A model generated the notes under the pieces. It was given only the letters and a program-made list of their open reading frames with translations, searched no databases and had not been told where the DNA came from. This document shows, one piece after another, positions 1 to 14,903 of a stretch of DNA of 64,000 bases (the stretch's first letter is position 1; every line of letters starts with the position of its first letter). The position numbers were made by a program, and so were the translations under genes. Origin of the DNA: the human T2T-CHM13v2.0 reference genome, Homo sapiens; assembly GCF_009914755.1 (NCBI RefSeq), contig NC_060929.1; one strand, written 5' to 3'.

Positions 1-514
1 TATTCAAAATTCAAGGTGTTAATCCTTAACTAAAGTTTTCTATCAAAAATTTTGAGGGTTTTTGTGATCCTTCAAAATAGATTTAAAACACAAAAGTAAA
101 AGAGCACACTCTGATCTTTTTGAAGGCAGATTCTGGGTTCTAATTATATTTATGGCTACTGCATGATGTTTGATCAATATCTGTCAAATAAATAAATAAA
201 GGATTATATGATTAAGTGCAATGATGACACATTAAAATATCCTAATGATATTAGCCTAGTTAGCATTTTATAAACCAAGACACCTAATATCTATTTTGTC
301 AAACTAGGTTTACAGCTTAAACTGTTTCTTTTATCTTATTAGCCTACTAAGACTTCATCTCTTAAGAGTAGATTTTTTAATCTTGTTATTTCAGCATGAT
401 ATATATTAAGATTTGGCTTTATTCTAAAATGAAAAATAAAATGACTCTCCAACACCCAAAGAGAAAAATGGTTCTCCAATCTATAGGTTTCTAACTTGTT
501 GTAGAATTGTATAT

Positions 515-982
515 TGTGGGGTATCCATTACTCTGTAAAAATTACCCCAAAATGTAGAGGCCCTGAAACAACAAATATTTCTTATCACACAGTTTCTGTG
601 TGTCTAGAAACTGCTATAGCTTATTTGGGTTTCCAGCTCAGAGCCTTACATGAAGTTGTAGTCAAGCCGCCATTTGGGACTGCAGGCTTCTCCGGGCCCT
701 ACTGGGACTGATCATCCACATCCACACCTACCACAGGCCGTCTGCATGTTCTCACAGTGTGCAACAGCTGAGCCAAGACACAGCTCCAGAGACAACTTAA
801 GATGGAAACCATAGTCTTTTCATATTCTGATTTGGGGAGGGACATCCCATCACTTCCGTCACGTCTGTTCCTAAGAAGAGACTCAATAAGATGATCACAC
901 ATTTAAATGGACATGATGATGCCAGAGGATGAAGACACTAGGTGGAGATCACTGGGAGCCATTGGAGGGGACATCTGTCATA
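515..982 (-). mobile_element. MaLR solo LTR, MLT1F-like
   Basis: attaccccaaaatgtagaggccctgaaacaacaaatatttcttatcacacagtttctgtg at the left and ggagatcactgggagccattggaggggacatctgtcata at the right resemble the two MLT1F ends, reverse-complemented. Confidence 0.65.
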
Positions 983-1073
983 AAGAGGGTCAAGAATAAA
1001 TGCCATTTGCAAGAAACAAATTGCATTATAAGAGGTTTTGTAATATTTGAAGATATGTTGAATAGTGAAATTA

Positions 1074-1298
<225 letters not shown>

Positions 1299-1434
1299 GA
1301 ATCATGAAATTAGGAAGATTCTCAAGCACAAGGTCTCTGCCCACCCCAATTACCATCTGTGACTAGCAGACAGATCTATGACATCAGTGGATTTTAATAA
1401 GAAAGAAAGGGGTGAAAGGTTAGCTGAAAGAATT

Positions 1435-1640
1435 TGTTTTTGAGCAACGACATATTCCAAGTACTATGTCAAATGTCTTTTAGGTATTTCTTTAGTGAAT
1501 CCTCCTGTAAACCTTTCTAAGTCAGTTCCATTACCAGATGAATTATCAGGACTGAGACTAAATGTGTTTATGTGCAGAGTCCTTAGCTAGGACCTGAACC
1601 CACACCCAGCTCACTGGAAAACCTATGCTTTCTCTCCTAC
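1435..1640 (-). mobile_element. MIR fragment
   Basis: Degenerate MIR antisense pattern: tgagca...ccaagtactatg...gaatcctc...cagatga...gacctgaaccca...tatgctttct. Confidence 0.45.
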
Positions 1641-3880
1641 CTTAACATTCCATTGCTGACCTCCCTGGTGGCTGAAGAGCTGATTTCTTAGCGCACCTTT
1701 CCAGCTGACACTCTGCGGTCCTAGCAAAGCAGATCGTGTTTCTAAGCTTCTGTTTCTTGAACTACGGAGTTGTGAATTTCTAGTCCAGAACCTCTTTGTT
1801 TCAGGATAGCCACAACTTTAAACAAGTGGCTGACTTATGGCCTCCCAATTGTTTGACGGTCAAAGATGGAAATCTGATACAGTAGCCATCAAAATAGAAA
1901 CAATTCTTGGCCTAATAGATTCTAATGAGCATGTTGCAAGCAGAAAGTTCAGAAATGGTCATTTGGGCTTAGCAAAAAAAGAAAATGAAGGCTTAAACAG
2001 AATTAAATACATAAGAATCCTGTTTCCGAAATTTTGTTTTTTGTTTTGTTTGTTTGTTTGTTTGTTTTTTGCTTACCCATTACGAAAAAGTCTTATTATA
2101 CATTCATAAAGATTCGTCTTTGGTGCTAAAGAAAAAATTAGGGAAAATTACCACTTGATACATAAATGACTCTACAAATGACTATATGATAGAGAAAAAA
2201 AGTATTTTGGAGTTTGGAGATAAAGCTATTTCTCATTACAGTAATGTAAATAACATTTTTTACAACTAACAATAAAGAACTCTCAAAGTGGAAAGTGAAA
2301 TAAATGAAACCCTTGGTTATTTTTGAGAGGAAACAGGAATCAAGCAAGTGTGAAGAACGTTTGTTAGTGGCAAGCACTCCCACATGGAGAAAGCATGTGC
2401 AATATAGTAATCACTATGCAATTTATTTTAAAATACCACCAAAGGCAAAGAAACAGCTTTTCTTTAAAGCTAAATGTTCAAGGGCAGCTGTGATATTCTC
2501 TGACTGACAATAACACAATCGCTGTCTCTACAAGAGCACCTACCCACATCTCCAGGATTAAACTAGGACACGTTATGACAAAGGAATCATTAAGGTCCAT
2601 ATTGATCTTCTCACATCAGCCTGAAATAGAACATCCTGTTATGTTACAGGCCCATCAGAAGCAAACCCGTTCTTGTCACAGCCTCTATCACTTCAAGGAG
2701 TTTCTAACACAAGTGCCGAGAGTGACCTCCCTCTTTCTACCTTAACGCAAAGGTAGAATTTGATTTGAGCTTCCTGGACAAAAAGGGTTCGGGGAGGCAC
2801 TCTAAGACTAAGACTTGCTTTGCTCCTGTGCCCGCCCCCTTTTGAAGTGCTTGTTCTCAGGGAGTCATCTGGCTTCAGAGCAGCCTGGCATTGGCTTTGG
2901 TAAGTCCCTCCCTTCATTTCTTTAGATTTAGTAGCTGTATTATGATCTGAAAGATTACCGAATCTTATAACGTAATTGGAATTCTAGTATGTCCTATAGA
3001 CTCCTTTCAAAGTCAGGAAATGGTCAGTACTTACCAGAGAGGGTTTTCTCAGTGAAATCATAATATCCTGTGAAACAATTTAAATATGGGATGTCCATGG
3101 GGAAAAACTAAAATCTTCTCCTTGATTTTTTTCTATAAGTGGAGAATTTATTATCTGAAAGCTCCTCAGAGGTAGAAAAACACAGATGTAAAGAATTACT
3201 AATGATCATTCTCATTACTGTAGTGTTCACAATAAACACAACCTTCTTTCAACTCTATGAAAGAAACAGTGCTACACATTATTATTCCTCACTCCTAGTG
3301 TGTCTCCTCTCATATAAAGATGACACAAAAGTAATTAGGAATTAATTGAAACTACTGGAAGCTAAAGTTGATCTTCCGGATATGAGAAGTTTACAACATA
3401 CCTAAGGCTTCTTTTTCTCTGTGTTTCATATAAATTTCAGTTAGTATTCCTGGTGGAGTAAATGTTTTTAGTGGCTTTGATGGGAAAAGAATGTTCTCCC
3501 AAATCAGAGAATATAAAATAATGACACAACTGAAACAGGTTTACTATGTTGCTCATCCCAGAATAATCATCATGAGAAGAGAACAGAAAGACCAAAGAGG
3601 AATCATCTGTGATATTTTGCACTTTAAAAATTCATGTTGAAAAAGTCATGTTGGGAGGAACACATTGTGTTCCCTAGAGAAACGAGGAATACTTTCTTAG
3701 CTGTTCTTGGTAAATATACAGAGAAACTAAAATCTGCATGTAATAATTGTAACCACTAATATTTCTTGGGTACTCATGATGCACTTTTCTAGTGTTCTCC
3801 ATGCATTCGTACATTTAAATCCCAGTGGGACTACTCTATACGCAGATAGAGACATGGCTTACTGTTAGATAAAAACTGGT

Positions 3881-4560
3881 TGTTATCAGTCAGGGTAGAC
3901 CAGGTATGTTTCAATAACAAGCCCACCACCCCAGTGGCTTACAGAACTAAAAGTTTTGCTATTGCGGCATGGATCTGGTGGTCCACATAAACAGATCTCT
4001 TCCAAGTGGTGACTCAGGGACTCAGGCTATCAACACACAGGAACTTCACATGTTGGAGTCCTTTGCTTCCAGACTAGAGGACTGGGACTGGAGGATGTGG
4101 AGGATAAAGAATGGAAAAGGCACAGCCACTTTTAGATGTATTGACCTAGAAGTGACCCCTCACTTCCACTCAAGGCCCATAGACAATAAATTACTGATAT
4201 GACCTCATTTATTTATTTATTTGGAGATGGAGTCTTGCTCTGTTGCCCAAGCTAGAGTTTGGTGGTGAGATCCTGGTTCACTGCAGCTCTGCCACCTGGT
4301 TCAAGCAATTCTCCAGCTTCAGCCTCCCAAGTAGCTGGGATTACAGGCACCTGCCACCATGCCTGGCTAATTTTTGGATTTTTAATAGAGATGGGGTTTC
4401 ACTGTGTTGGCCAGGCTGGTCTTGAACTCTCGACCTCAAGTGATCTGCCCACCTCGTCCTCCCAAAGTGCTGGGATTACAGGCGTGACCCACCATGCCCA
4501 GCCGATATAACCTCATTTAGATACTTACAGGCAGAACAATGGAATCTAAAAAATTATGTT
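3881..4560 (-). mobile_element. Old MaLR LTR (MLT1K/L-like), interrupted by the Alu at 4212-4503
   Basis: tatcagtcagggtagaccaggtatgtttcaataacaa...cagtggcttaca and gtgactcaggga, ctagaagtgac...cacttccactca motifs. Confidence 0.55.
4212..4503 (-). mobile_element. Full-length Alu (AluSz/Sx)
   Basis: Antisense dimer gagatggagtcttgctc...gacctcaagtgatc...accatgcccagcc; TSD gatatgacctcattta (4196-4211) / gatataacctcattta (4504-4519). Confidence 0.97.
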
Positions 4561-5219
4561 ATTATGAGCATTTCAGGGAGATGAATACAGGTTGCTCAAC
4601 TCTACCACCTGTTTCTGTCACGAGGCCTTGATATCTGAACTCTTGGCCTGAATAAAATGCACAGAACCCCTGAGAGAGGCAGAGGACTGGACTCCCTGCC
4701 TCTCTCCTGTCCTCCCAGAGGACAGAGCTCCCTGGCTCCACCATTGACAGAACCTCTGGTGGGTCGGGGGTGGAATAAGAACAATGAGAGGACCCTTTGC
4801 ACTCTGCTCAGCAAAGGGCTATTGGGGGAAGAGGTTACTGTTTACTGCCATGAAGAATATTATAAACAGCTAATGGGGCCGTACCTATGGTCTGTGCATA
4901 TTGGTAATTATGCAGAAATATTCTGAACTGGGGCTTCAACTCACCATTGCAAGATTTTTCCACACATAAGTGGATGTAGTCATTGAAGGGTTCCTAACAG
5001 GAAGCAAACTCCTGAGAAAGCTATTAGCAGTTTAGTATTTGCAATTCATGTGACACTACTTGCCTTAAGGGATATCATCCACAGAGTCCTGTTTGGTTTA
5101 AAATGTAACTCACAGTGGAGTAGGCTGAGCATTCAGATCTCAGCTGGGTTTCTCTTGAATTTATTAACTTACAAATGGAAATACACTTAAAATAGTTTAC
5201 TATCTTTCAGTAACGGCTT

Positions 5220-5530
5220 CTTAACTTCCCCATTTCCAGAGGTGGTTCCGCTCTCCCTAGGCTTGTAATCTTGTGGTACCTCTGACTTCTCTTGCCCTTG
5301 GCACTCAAAATGCCATCTGTTTACCAAATCCTGCAGCTCGTTTCTCCACAACAGTGCTTTGAGTCCTGACTTTCTCTTTATTTCCACATTTTGACTACAG
5401 GTTCTAACCACTCGGTAATTTTATTGCTCTCTCTACTGCTAACTAAAAATAATATATTCCACATACTTCTAAGAATCAGCATCTGCAAGCAGCTTGGTCC
5501 CTCTGTTACTTTTCCTCTCAAAGTTTACAG
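5220..5530 (+). mobile_element. L2 fragment
   Basis: cctctgacttctct...accaaatcctgcagctcgtttctccacaac...ctttctctttatttccac...attccaca resembles the L2 3' region. Confidence 0.5.
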
Positions 5531-7639
5531 TGATCTGGGGTCAGCCAGGGGAAGACTTGGAATAAGAGCAGTGACCCTCTCCACATAACCAGAGCTTTAC
5601 ACAGGCTGAAAGAATTTCAGGAACCATACAAACAGCACAGGATAGACTAGGAGATCCAGAAAACTCCTTAAAAATCTGGGGAAACATTGGCTCTCCTGGT
5701 GAACTTCTGGCTATGTGAGAGTGCCTATAGTTACCTGTGTAATTTCACTTCAGTCATCTAGATCTGTTGTCTTGTTCTCATCATTAATATCAACCCCTCA
5801 CTAAAGCTCAGAGATCATTTGCCCCAGGATTCTGGCTGTTTTTGTTTTTATGAGTACTTTTCTCTTTTTTCTAAGATAAAAGAAAGAGACAATATTTAGT
5901 GAACGGATGCATAAGAGATATTTAACAGGATGTCAATGGTAGTTTGACTACTAGTTCCACTGTCGTCTAGTTATGCTGTCTTTCATTTCTAGCATAAAAG
6001 AGTCCAGCTTAGTCACTATAAATGGGAGGCAATACGACAGAATTCTTCAGGCACACAGCAACACATACCAGGCAGTGCAAAAGGCTCCCACCCACAAAAA
6101 ATAAAACAAAAAACACATACCATAGATGATTTGGATTTTACTAAAAGTGGCAACATTAACACATACACCTCGCAGGATAAGCATCGCTTCTGTTTCTGCA
6201 ATAGACACTAAGGCAGAAAATATTTCATGGTCACTGACTGGTCACAGGGCAGTTGAGTCTACAAGTTGTCAACACAATCACAGGAGGAGAGGAATGAAAA
6301 GCAAATTGATTGTTAAGTACTCTGATAAGCCTCCTTAACACGATTCTCAAAACTGGCAGCCCTTCTGCCCACAGACGTACAAGTTTAAAATCGCACGATT
6401 ACAGCGTACACCTGCAAACTCCACTGTGCTGCTTGATCTGTGTATTTTACTGTAGGTCAAGGCAGTTAATCACTGAGGGCCTCCGGGTAACCAGAGAGAA
6501 GCTTATTTATGGATAAATCAAGAAACCGAAATACTGAACCGTGCCTGATTAGCTGCACTAATATGCTACTTGTGGCTAATTTCTGAGCTGCTTAACCCAC
6601 AGGTGTTTGCCCTCACCCATAAATCATGCCGTCCACCTCCTCTTTGCACTCTCGGTCCTACCATGCATATAGATAGCCTGTTTAAATGACAGGCAGGAAA
6701 TAATGGACGGTGCACTAAATCACGCCAGTGCTTAGTCAACTGGCTCTCCTCTGAAACAAGTCGTGCAACCTTCCCAGTGCCCAGCTCGTTTCAGATGTTA
6801 TTGTAACCCAAGTCTTATGTGCCACTGAATGCAACCTTTCGAAGGTACAAAGCGTACATTTCCCCATTTTTATTTGTTTTACTTGTAGAGCACACCCTTT
6901 GCATAAGAGAGCACCATTAAAATTTCCACTCCAGCCAGCGGTGCAATGAAGCAGAACAGAATCCCAATGACTCTGATGGCGAAAGGGAACTCTCCCAGGG
7001 GCTTGAGCAACCGTGGCCCTCCATTGACTGTTAATTTATTTTCTTTAATTAAAGATGTTAATTAAATGGATCACAAACCAAACAATCTAAACACTAAGTA
7101 TTACGGGCAGGAAATGCTTGGTTTGCATACGATTTGACTCTCTAGAGTAGTTCTTTGTTTTAAATCAATTTACAGGTCAATATGAAAGCCAGTAGCTATG
7201 AAAATACATATTTTACATATACTTACAATGTCTCTCTGTGCTTGGAACCGAAGAAAACGTGGGACTTGGCAGGATTTCTGTTTTCAAGCCCTGGTTAATA
7301 AAACCCATAGGAGAAACTATTAATACATAAGTGCTGAATGAAATCATATAAATAGACATATGACAAAATAGCAATGACAAACAAGAGACATAGTGTCACT
7401 ATATTAGGACAAGTAAAGTGATAGGCTTGATGTGATGGGGGCACTGTACAAGGGCTCCTCAGCTAAGGAGAGAGAAAGCTGTTTGAAATTTTCAATTACT
7501 TCTAGTAATTTTACATGTCTCACTCTTACACTACATGATAAAAATACATTTATCTGTTATTTTGACACTTTCTAATTGAACTTAAATAGCCAACTATAAT
7601 GGCAAGATTTTGGTCATGAAGGATTCTTATTCTAGGGAA

Positions 7640-11090
<3,451 letters not shown>

Positions 11091-11194
11091 TATAGATTCT
11101 TCCTAGAATAATTTTTTATCTCAACAAATGCCTCAAAACAGGCAACTGAAAACAACATGCTAATATTATTATTCATCAGGATTTATTATAAAAC

Positions 11195-11490
11195 TATAGT
11201 TATCAAGATAGTGTGGTATTGACATGAACATAGACAGATCAATAGTAAAAAATACAGAGCAAAAACAAATCCTCACATATGACAACTGAGTTTTCACGAA
11301 AGTGCAAAGGTAAATCAACAGAGTAAAGATAATCTTTCAACAAATGGTGCTGGGACAAACAGGTTTTCATGTGCAAGGAAATGAAAACAAAACAAAAAAT
11401 AAAAATTATACATCAATACCATATGCAAAATTTAATTCATAATGAATCATCAGACATAAATGTTAGCTTAAAACTATAAAACTTACACAT
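11195..11490 (+). mobile_element. L1M ORF2 3' fragment
   Basis: tataaaactatagttatcaagatagtgtggtattg...ctttcaacaaatggtgctgggacaa. Confidence 0.75.
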
Positions 11491-13465
11491 GATGCCTTCT
11501 TCAGTTTCATAAATATTATTTCTTAGAAGGCTTTTTACAACAATGCCTTTTCACTTTTTTCTAAGCATAACCCAGCATTCTCTGAGCACACAAATCTATC
11601 ATTACATTTCAAGTTATGATTCTGTAATACATCTGAAAGGAGAGCATACTCTCCTTGTGAAAATCTCCTTGTGAAAATATTAAACGTGCTTTGGGATCCA
11701 ACTTGCAATACTTAACACAAAGAATCTCATCTGCCATTGGCACTTAGTGTAATTACCTTCCACTGTCTTAAAAATTATATTCCCTGACTTTGCCATTGCT
11801 TAAAACATCTGTGGCCATTCTTAACAGTTATTATAGTTCTCCATCCTTGACACTATTATACAGTCTACTTAAACCTACTTGCATAATGTAGTTTAATGAC
11901 ACTCGTGAGGCTCTATAAATATGCTAAGTTCTATAAATTTGCTAACCATTGTGTAAAGAAACTTCTCTTGTCCATCTTTATATTTTTCAAAGCCCCTGCA
12001 ATCCCTCATATTTGCACTTGTTCATGACTTCCAGTATAAATTTATTTTCACAGTTTTTATTTCATTCATGATTGTAAAAAGTTTAATTGTAAATATTTTC
12101 TTTCCATGATAAAGTCTACTTATAAATCACAATCTCCTTTCCTTCCAAAGAAACTTTAGATCACGAATGGAGGAGTCTACCCTCATATAAGAGATAACAT
12201 ATCACCTTCCTTTGGACCAGATCATGTGTTTTTCTGTTAAATAATATATACTAACTCTGCATGCTCCACGTGCTGATGAAATAAACAACAAAAACAATCC
12301 ACAAGCCAGCACATGCTCAGGGGCCAAAAGAGGTTGAATGTGGCCATATTCATAAAACACAGATCATGGACATAGTTACACAGGAGACGACATGATTTCC
12401 ACGGATGTAGAACAGGCTGGAAGAGAAGTCCATATCCTTGAGATGACATCTGCACAGAGAATGAAAGCTAAATTCACCTAATCAACATAAAGCCATTTTT
12501 TTCGTTTCATTATTTTGACCTTTATATAATTAATGAGTTTGGAGCAATATTGCAAAATCATATACCATTTGATTTATATAGCTCTCATTGCTTAGTTTGG
12601 CAGTATGGTGATATGTGAAACTTCTACTCACTTGAATACATCCCTGTATTTACTGTACTATTACATAAAAATGACTAAAACTTCTTCAAACTTCAGGAAG
12701 GGACTCCTTTTAATGAATGCACTGCTGATAATTTAATGAATACACATATAAGGTACACCTCAAGTTAAACTATTCAATACACCACAGTATACTGACCTGG
12801 GATGAATGTCATTTGAAAGGTTCAAGATGCCATTTCACCCCAACTCACGCAGGCATCCACTGAATTTTGGTGGTGGCAGTAGTTTTGATGGTCATGAAAG
12901 CCTGTCCTGCACCAGCATTAACCACAATTGCTGGAGCTGCATTTTGAAGAAAATAATGATGATTGAAAGAGAAATGGAGAATAAGATATCTAATATAGTA
13001 CATTCAAAATAATGAACTATATTTTTCTTGCAATTTTTAAAGATAATCTTGGTTTATATGAAGAACTGGATAATCAGTTGATCTGCTTCTCAAGGGCTTT
13101 TGTTTCTGATTGTCTTCTCCCAATCTGTGGTGGCATTTTTGTTACCAACTTCTAAACACCAAACCCTCAAGATTAAAATGCTATCATCCTCCTAGCAGAA
13201 GTTATGCTGCAGTTACCACTGGAGTAACTAGATGAATAGTTTTGGATGAGTAACTAGAAACAAAACGTGGGAGACCACATTTTCAGCAGGTGCCTTGTCA
13301 TCTCCTGCCTTCTGAGAAACATTCTCTACCAGCTCTCTGTTGTCACTGTCCCAGTCCCAACCCATCGCCTCTGTTGTTTATGCTAATTCTGAACAATCAC
13401 CTCAAAAATACAACTCTCATTGTATTTCTATCTACTTACAGCTCCCCCATGTCTTCCCATCACCT

Positions 13466-13722
13466 GAGGATTCCCCATGAGTCAGGTGGTCCAGTGTAAT
13501 CTCAGGGCCCTAAAAAGTGGAAGAGAGAGGCAGGAGAGAGAGGCAGAGCAATACGATGTGAGAAGGACTCAGTTTGCTGTTTCTAGCTTTAGAGATGGAG
13601 GAAAGAGCCATGAGGCAAGGGATATGATGCCCTTTGGACAAAGCCAAGAAATAGATTCTCTTTTAGAGCTTCACAGGAGAAACCCAGCCCACCTTGATTT
13701 TGGCTCATTGAAACCTGTGTCA
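13466..13722 (+). mobile_element. MLT1D-like LTR fragment, interrupted by an ERV1 LTR
   Basis: ggtggtccagtgtaatctcagggccc...gatgtgagaaggactc...gatggagg...caccttgattttggc...gtgtca; continues as gactt after 14519. Confidence 0.75.
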
Positions 13723-14515
13723 TATTACCCAACTGAGCTGGGGTTTGCTCACCCAACACATGAAAGCCAAACATCCACAGTGAGGTTTGCAGCAGTAGAA
13801 AGGAGGGTATTTATTTTTAGGGTACTGGACAAGGAGAACCAGGCAGCTCATGCTTAAGACCTAACCAACCCCATGCCTTGCAAGCAAGGGTTTGTAAAGT
13901 GAGGAGAAATTTTCAAGAAAGTAGAAATTACAGGCAAAATCACAAATCAATACTTAACAGGCAAAATTGCAAATCAATACCAAACATTGATTTGGCCTAA
14001 AAAGGCAGGATATCTTGAAGCTGAATCTTACAGGTAATAGGAAGATTTAACACTTTTCTGATTTTCAATCAGTTAAGGAAAACAAGCTTTGCTTCAAAAC
14101 GTGGGGTCAGCAGAAAAGAATGTTAGCTTTGGCTCGTGGGTATGACTTCCTCCAGGCCCCTCAGGAAGAAATTTAGAAGAGAACAGTGGTGAGCGTTCAG
14201 TCCTCAATCCCCCTTTATCTGAGGTCTCCGTGCCAGCAGATCCTTTTGGTGGGGGTCCATGTAACTCAAGGACATATGTTAAGCTGTTATCTCTGGTTTC
14301 TATTGGGAACCAAACATCTCATGGCTCTGCCTTCCTTGGCTGTTGTTTTAGGGGGCCGTTACCTTCTTGCTTATGAAGTCACTCATTTACTCATTTACTT
14401 CTCGGGGCCAGCTAGGTGCCTGGAATTTATCTTGAAGGAATTCAAGATTTCCCTTTATTTTTATGCTTGTGGAAAAGGGGTGCTGACCCCTAAAACAGGT
14501 CCCTGCTCCACCTCA
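13723..14515 (-). mobile_element. ERV1 solo LTR (MER4-group, MER66/MER90/MER92-like; subfamily uncertain)
   Basis: Minus strand starts TGAGGTGGAGCAGGGACC and contains aatcttgaattccttcaag...ccaggcacctagct; 4-bp TSD gtca (13719-13722) / ggca (14516-14519). Confidence 0.75.
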
Positions 14516-14624
14516 GGCAGACTTTGGTAATAGAAGTCTAATGCACATGGCTTTGCATTCATTTTTACTGGCAACACCCATTATACTGACAATGGATTTT
14601 TCTGTAGCTTGTTGCTCTTCTGCA

Positions 14625-14725
14625 TTAGACTGGCAATTTCCATAAGGGCAGAGACTTTATTCTATTTCCCACTGTAACCCAGTACACAACACACAGCACA
14701 TGGCAGAGTCTGTTTGTGGAATGAT
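14625..14725 (+). mobile_element. L2 3' end
   Basis: ttagactgg...ccataagggcagagact...cactgtaacccagtac...cacagcacatggcag...tttgtggaatga. Confidence 0.6.
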
Positions 14726-14775
14726 ACCAGGGTCTTTATAATCTCTTACTTATTAAACAATTTATCTTAATTTAT

Positions 14776-14903
14776 ATATTTTTTATTTTTTTAGAGAGAG
14801 GGTCTTCCTCTTTTACCCATGCGGGAGTGCAGTGGCACGATCCAAGCTAACTAGCTTGTAACTCCTGGGCTCAAGTGATCCTCCTGCCTCAGCCTCCCAA
14901 GTA
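14776..14903 (-). mobile_element. 5'-truncated AluJ-type fragment
   Basis: agagagggtctt...ggagtgcagtggcacgatc...ctcctgggctcaagtgatcctcctgcctcagcctcccaagta; TSD tatcttaatttat (14763-14775) / tatgttaatttat (14905-14917). Confidence 0.85.
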
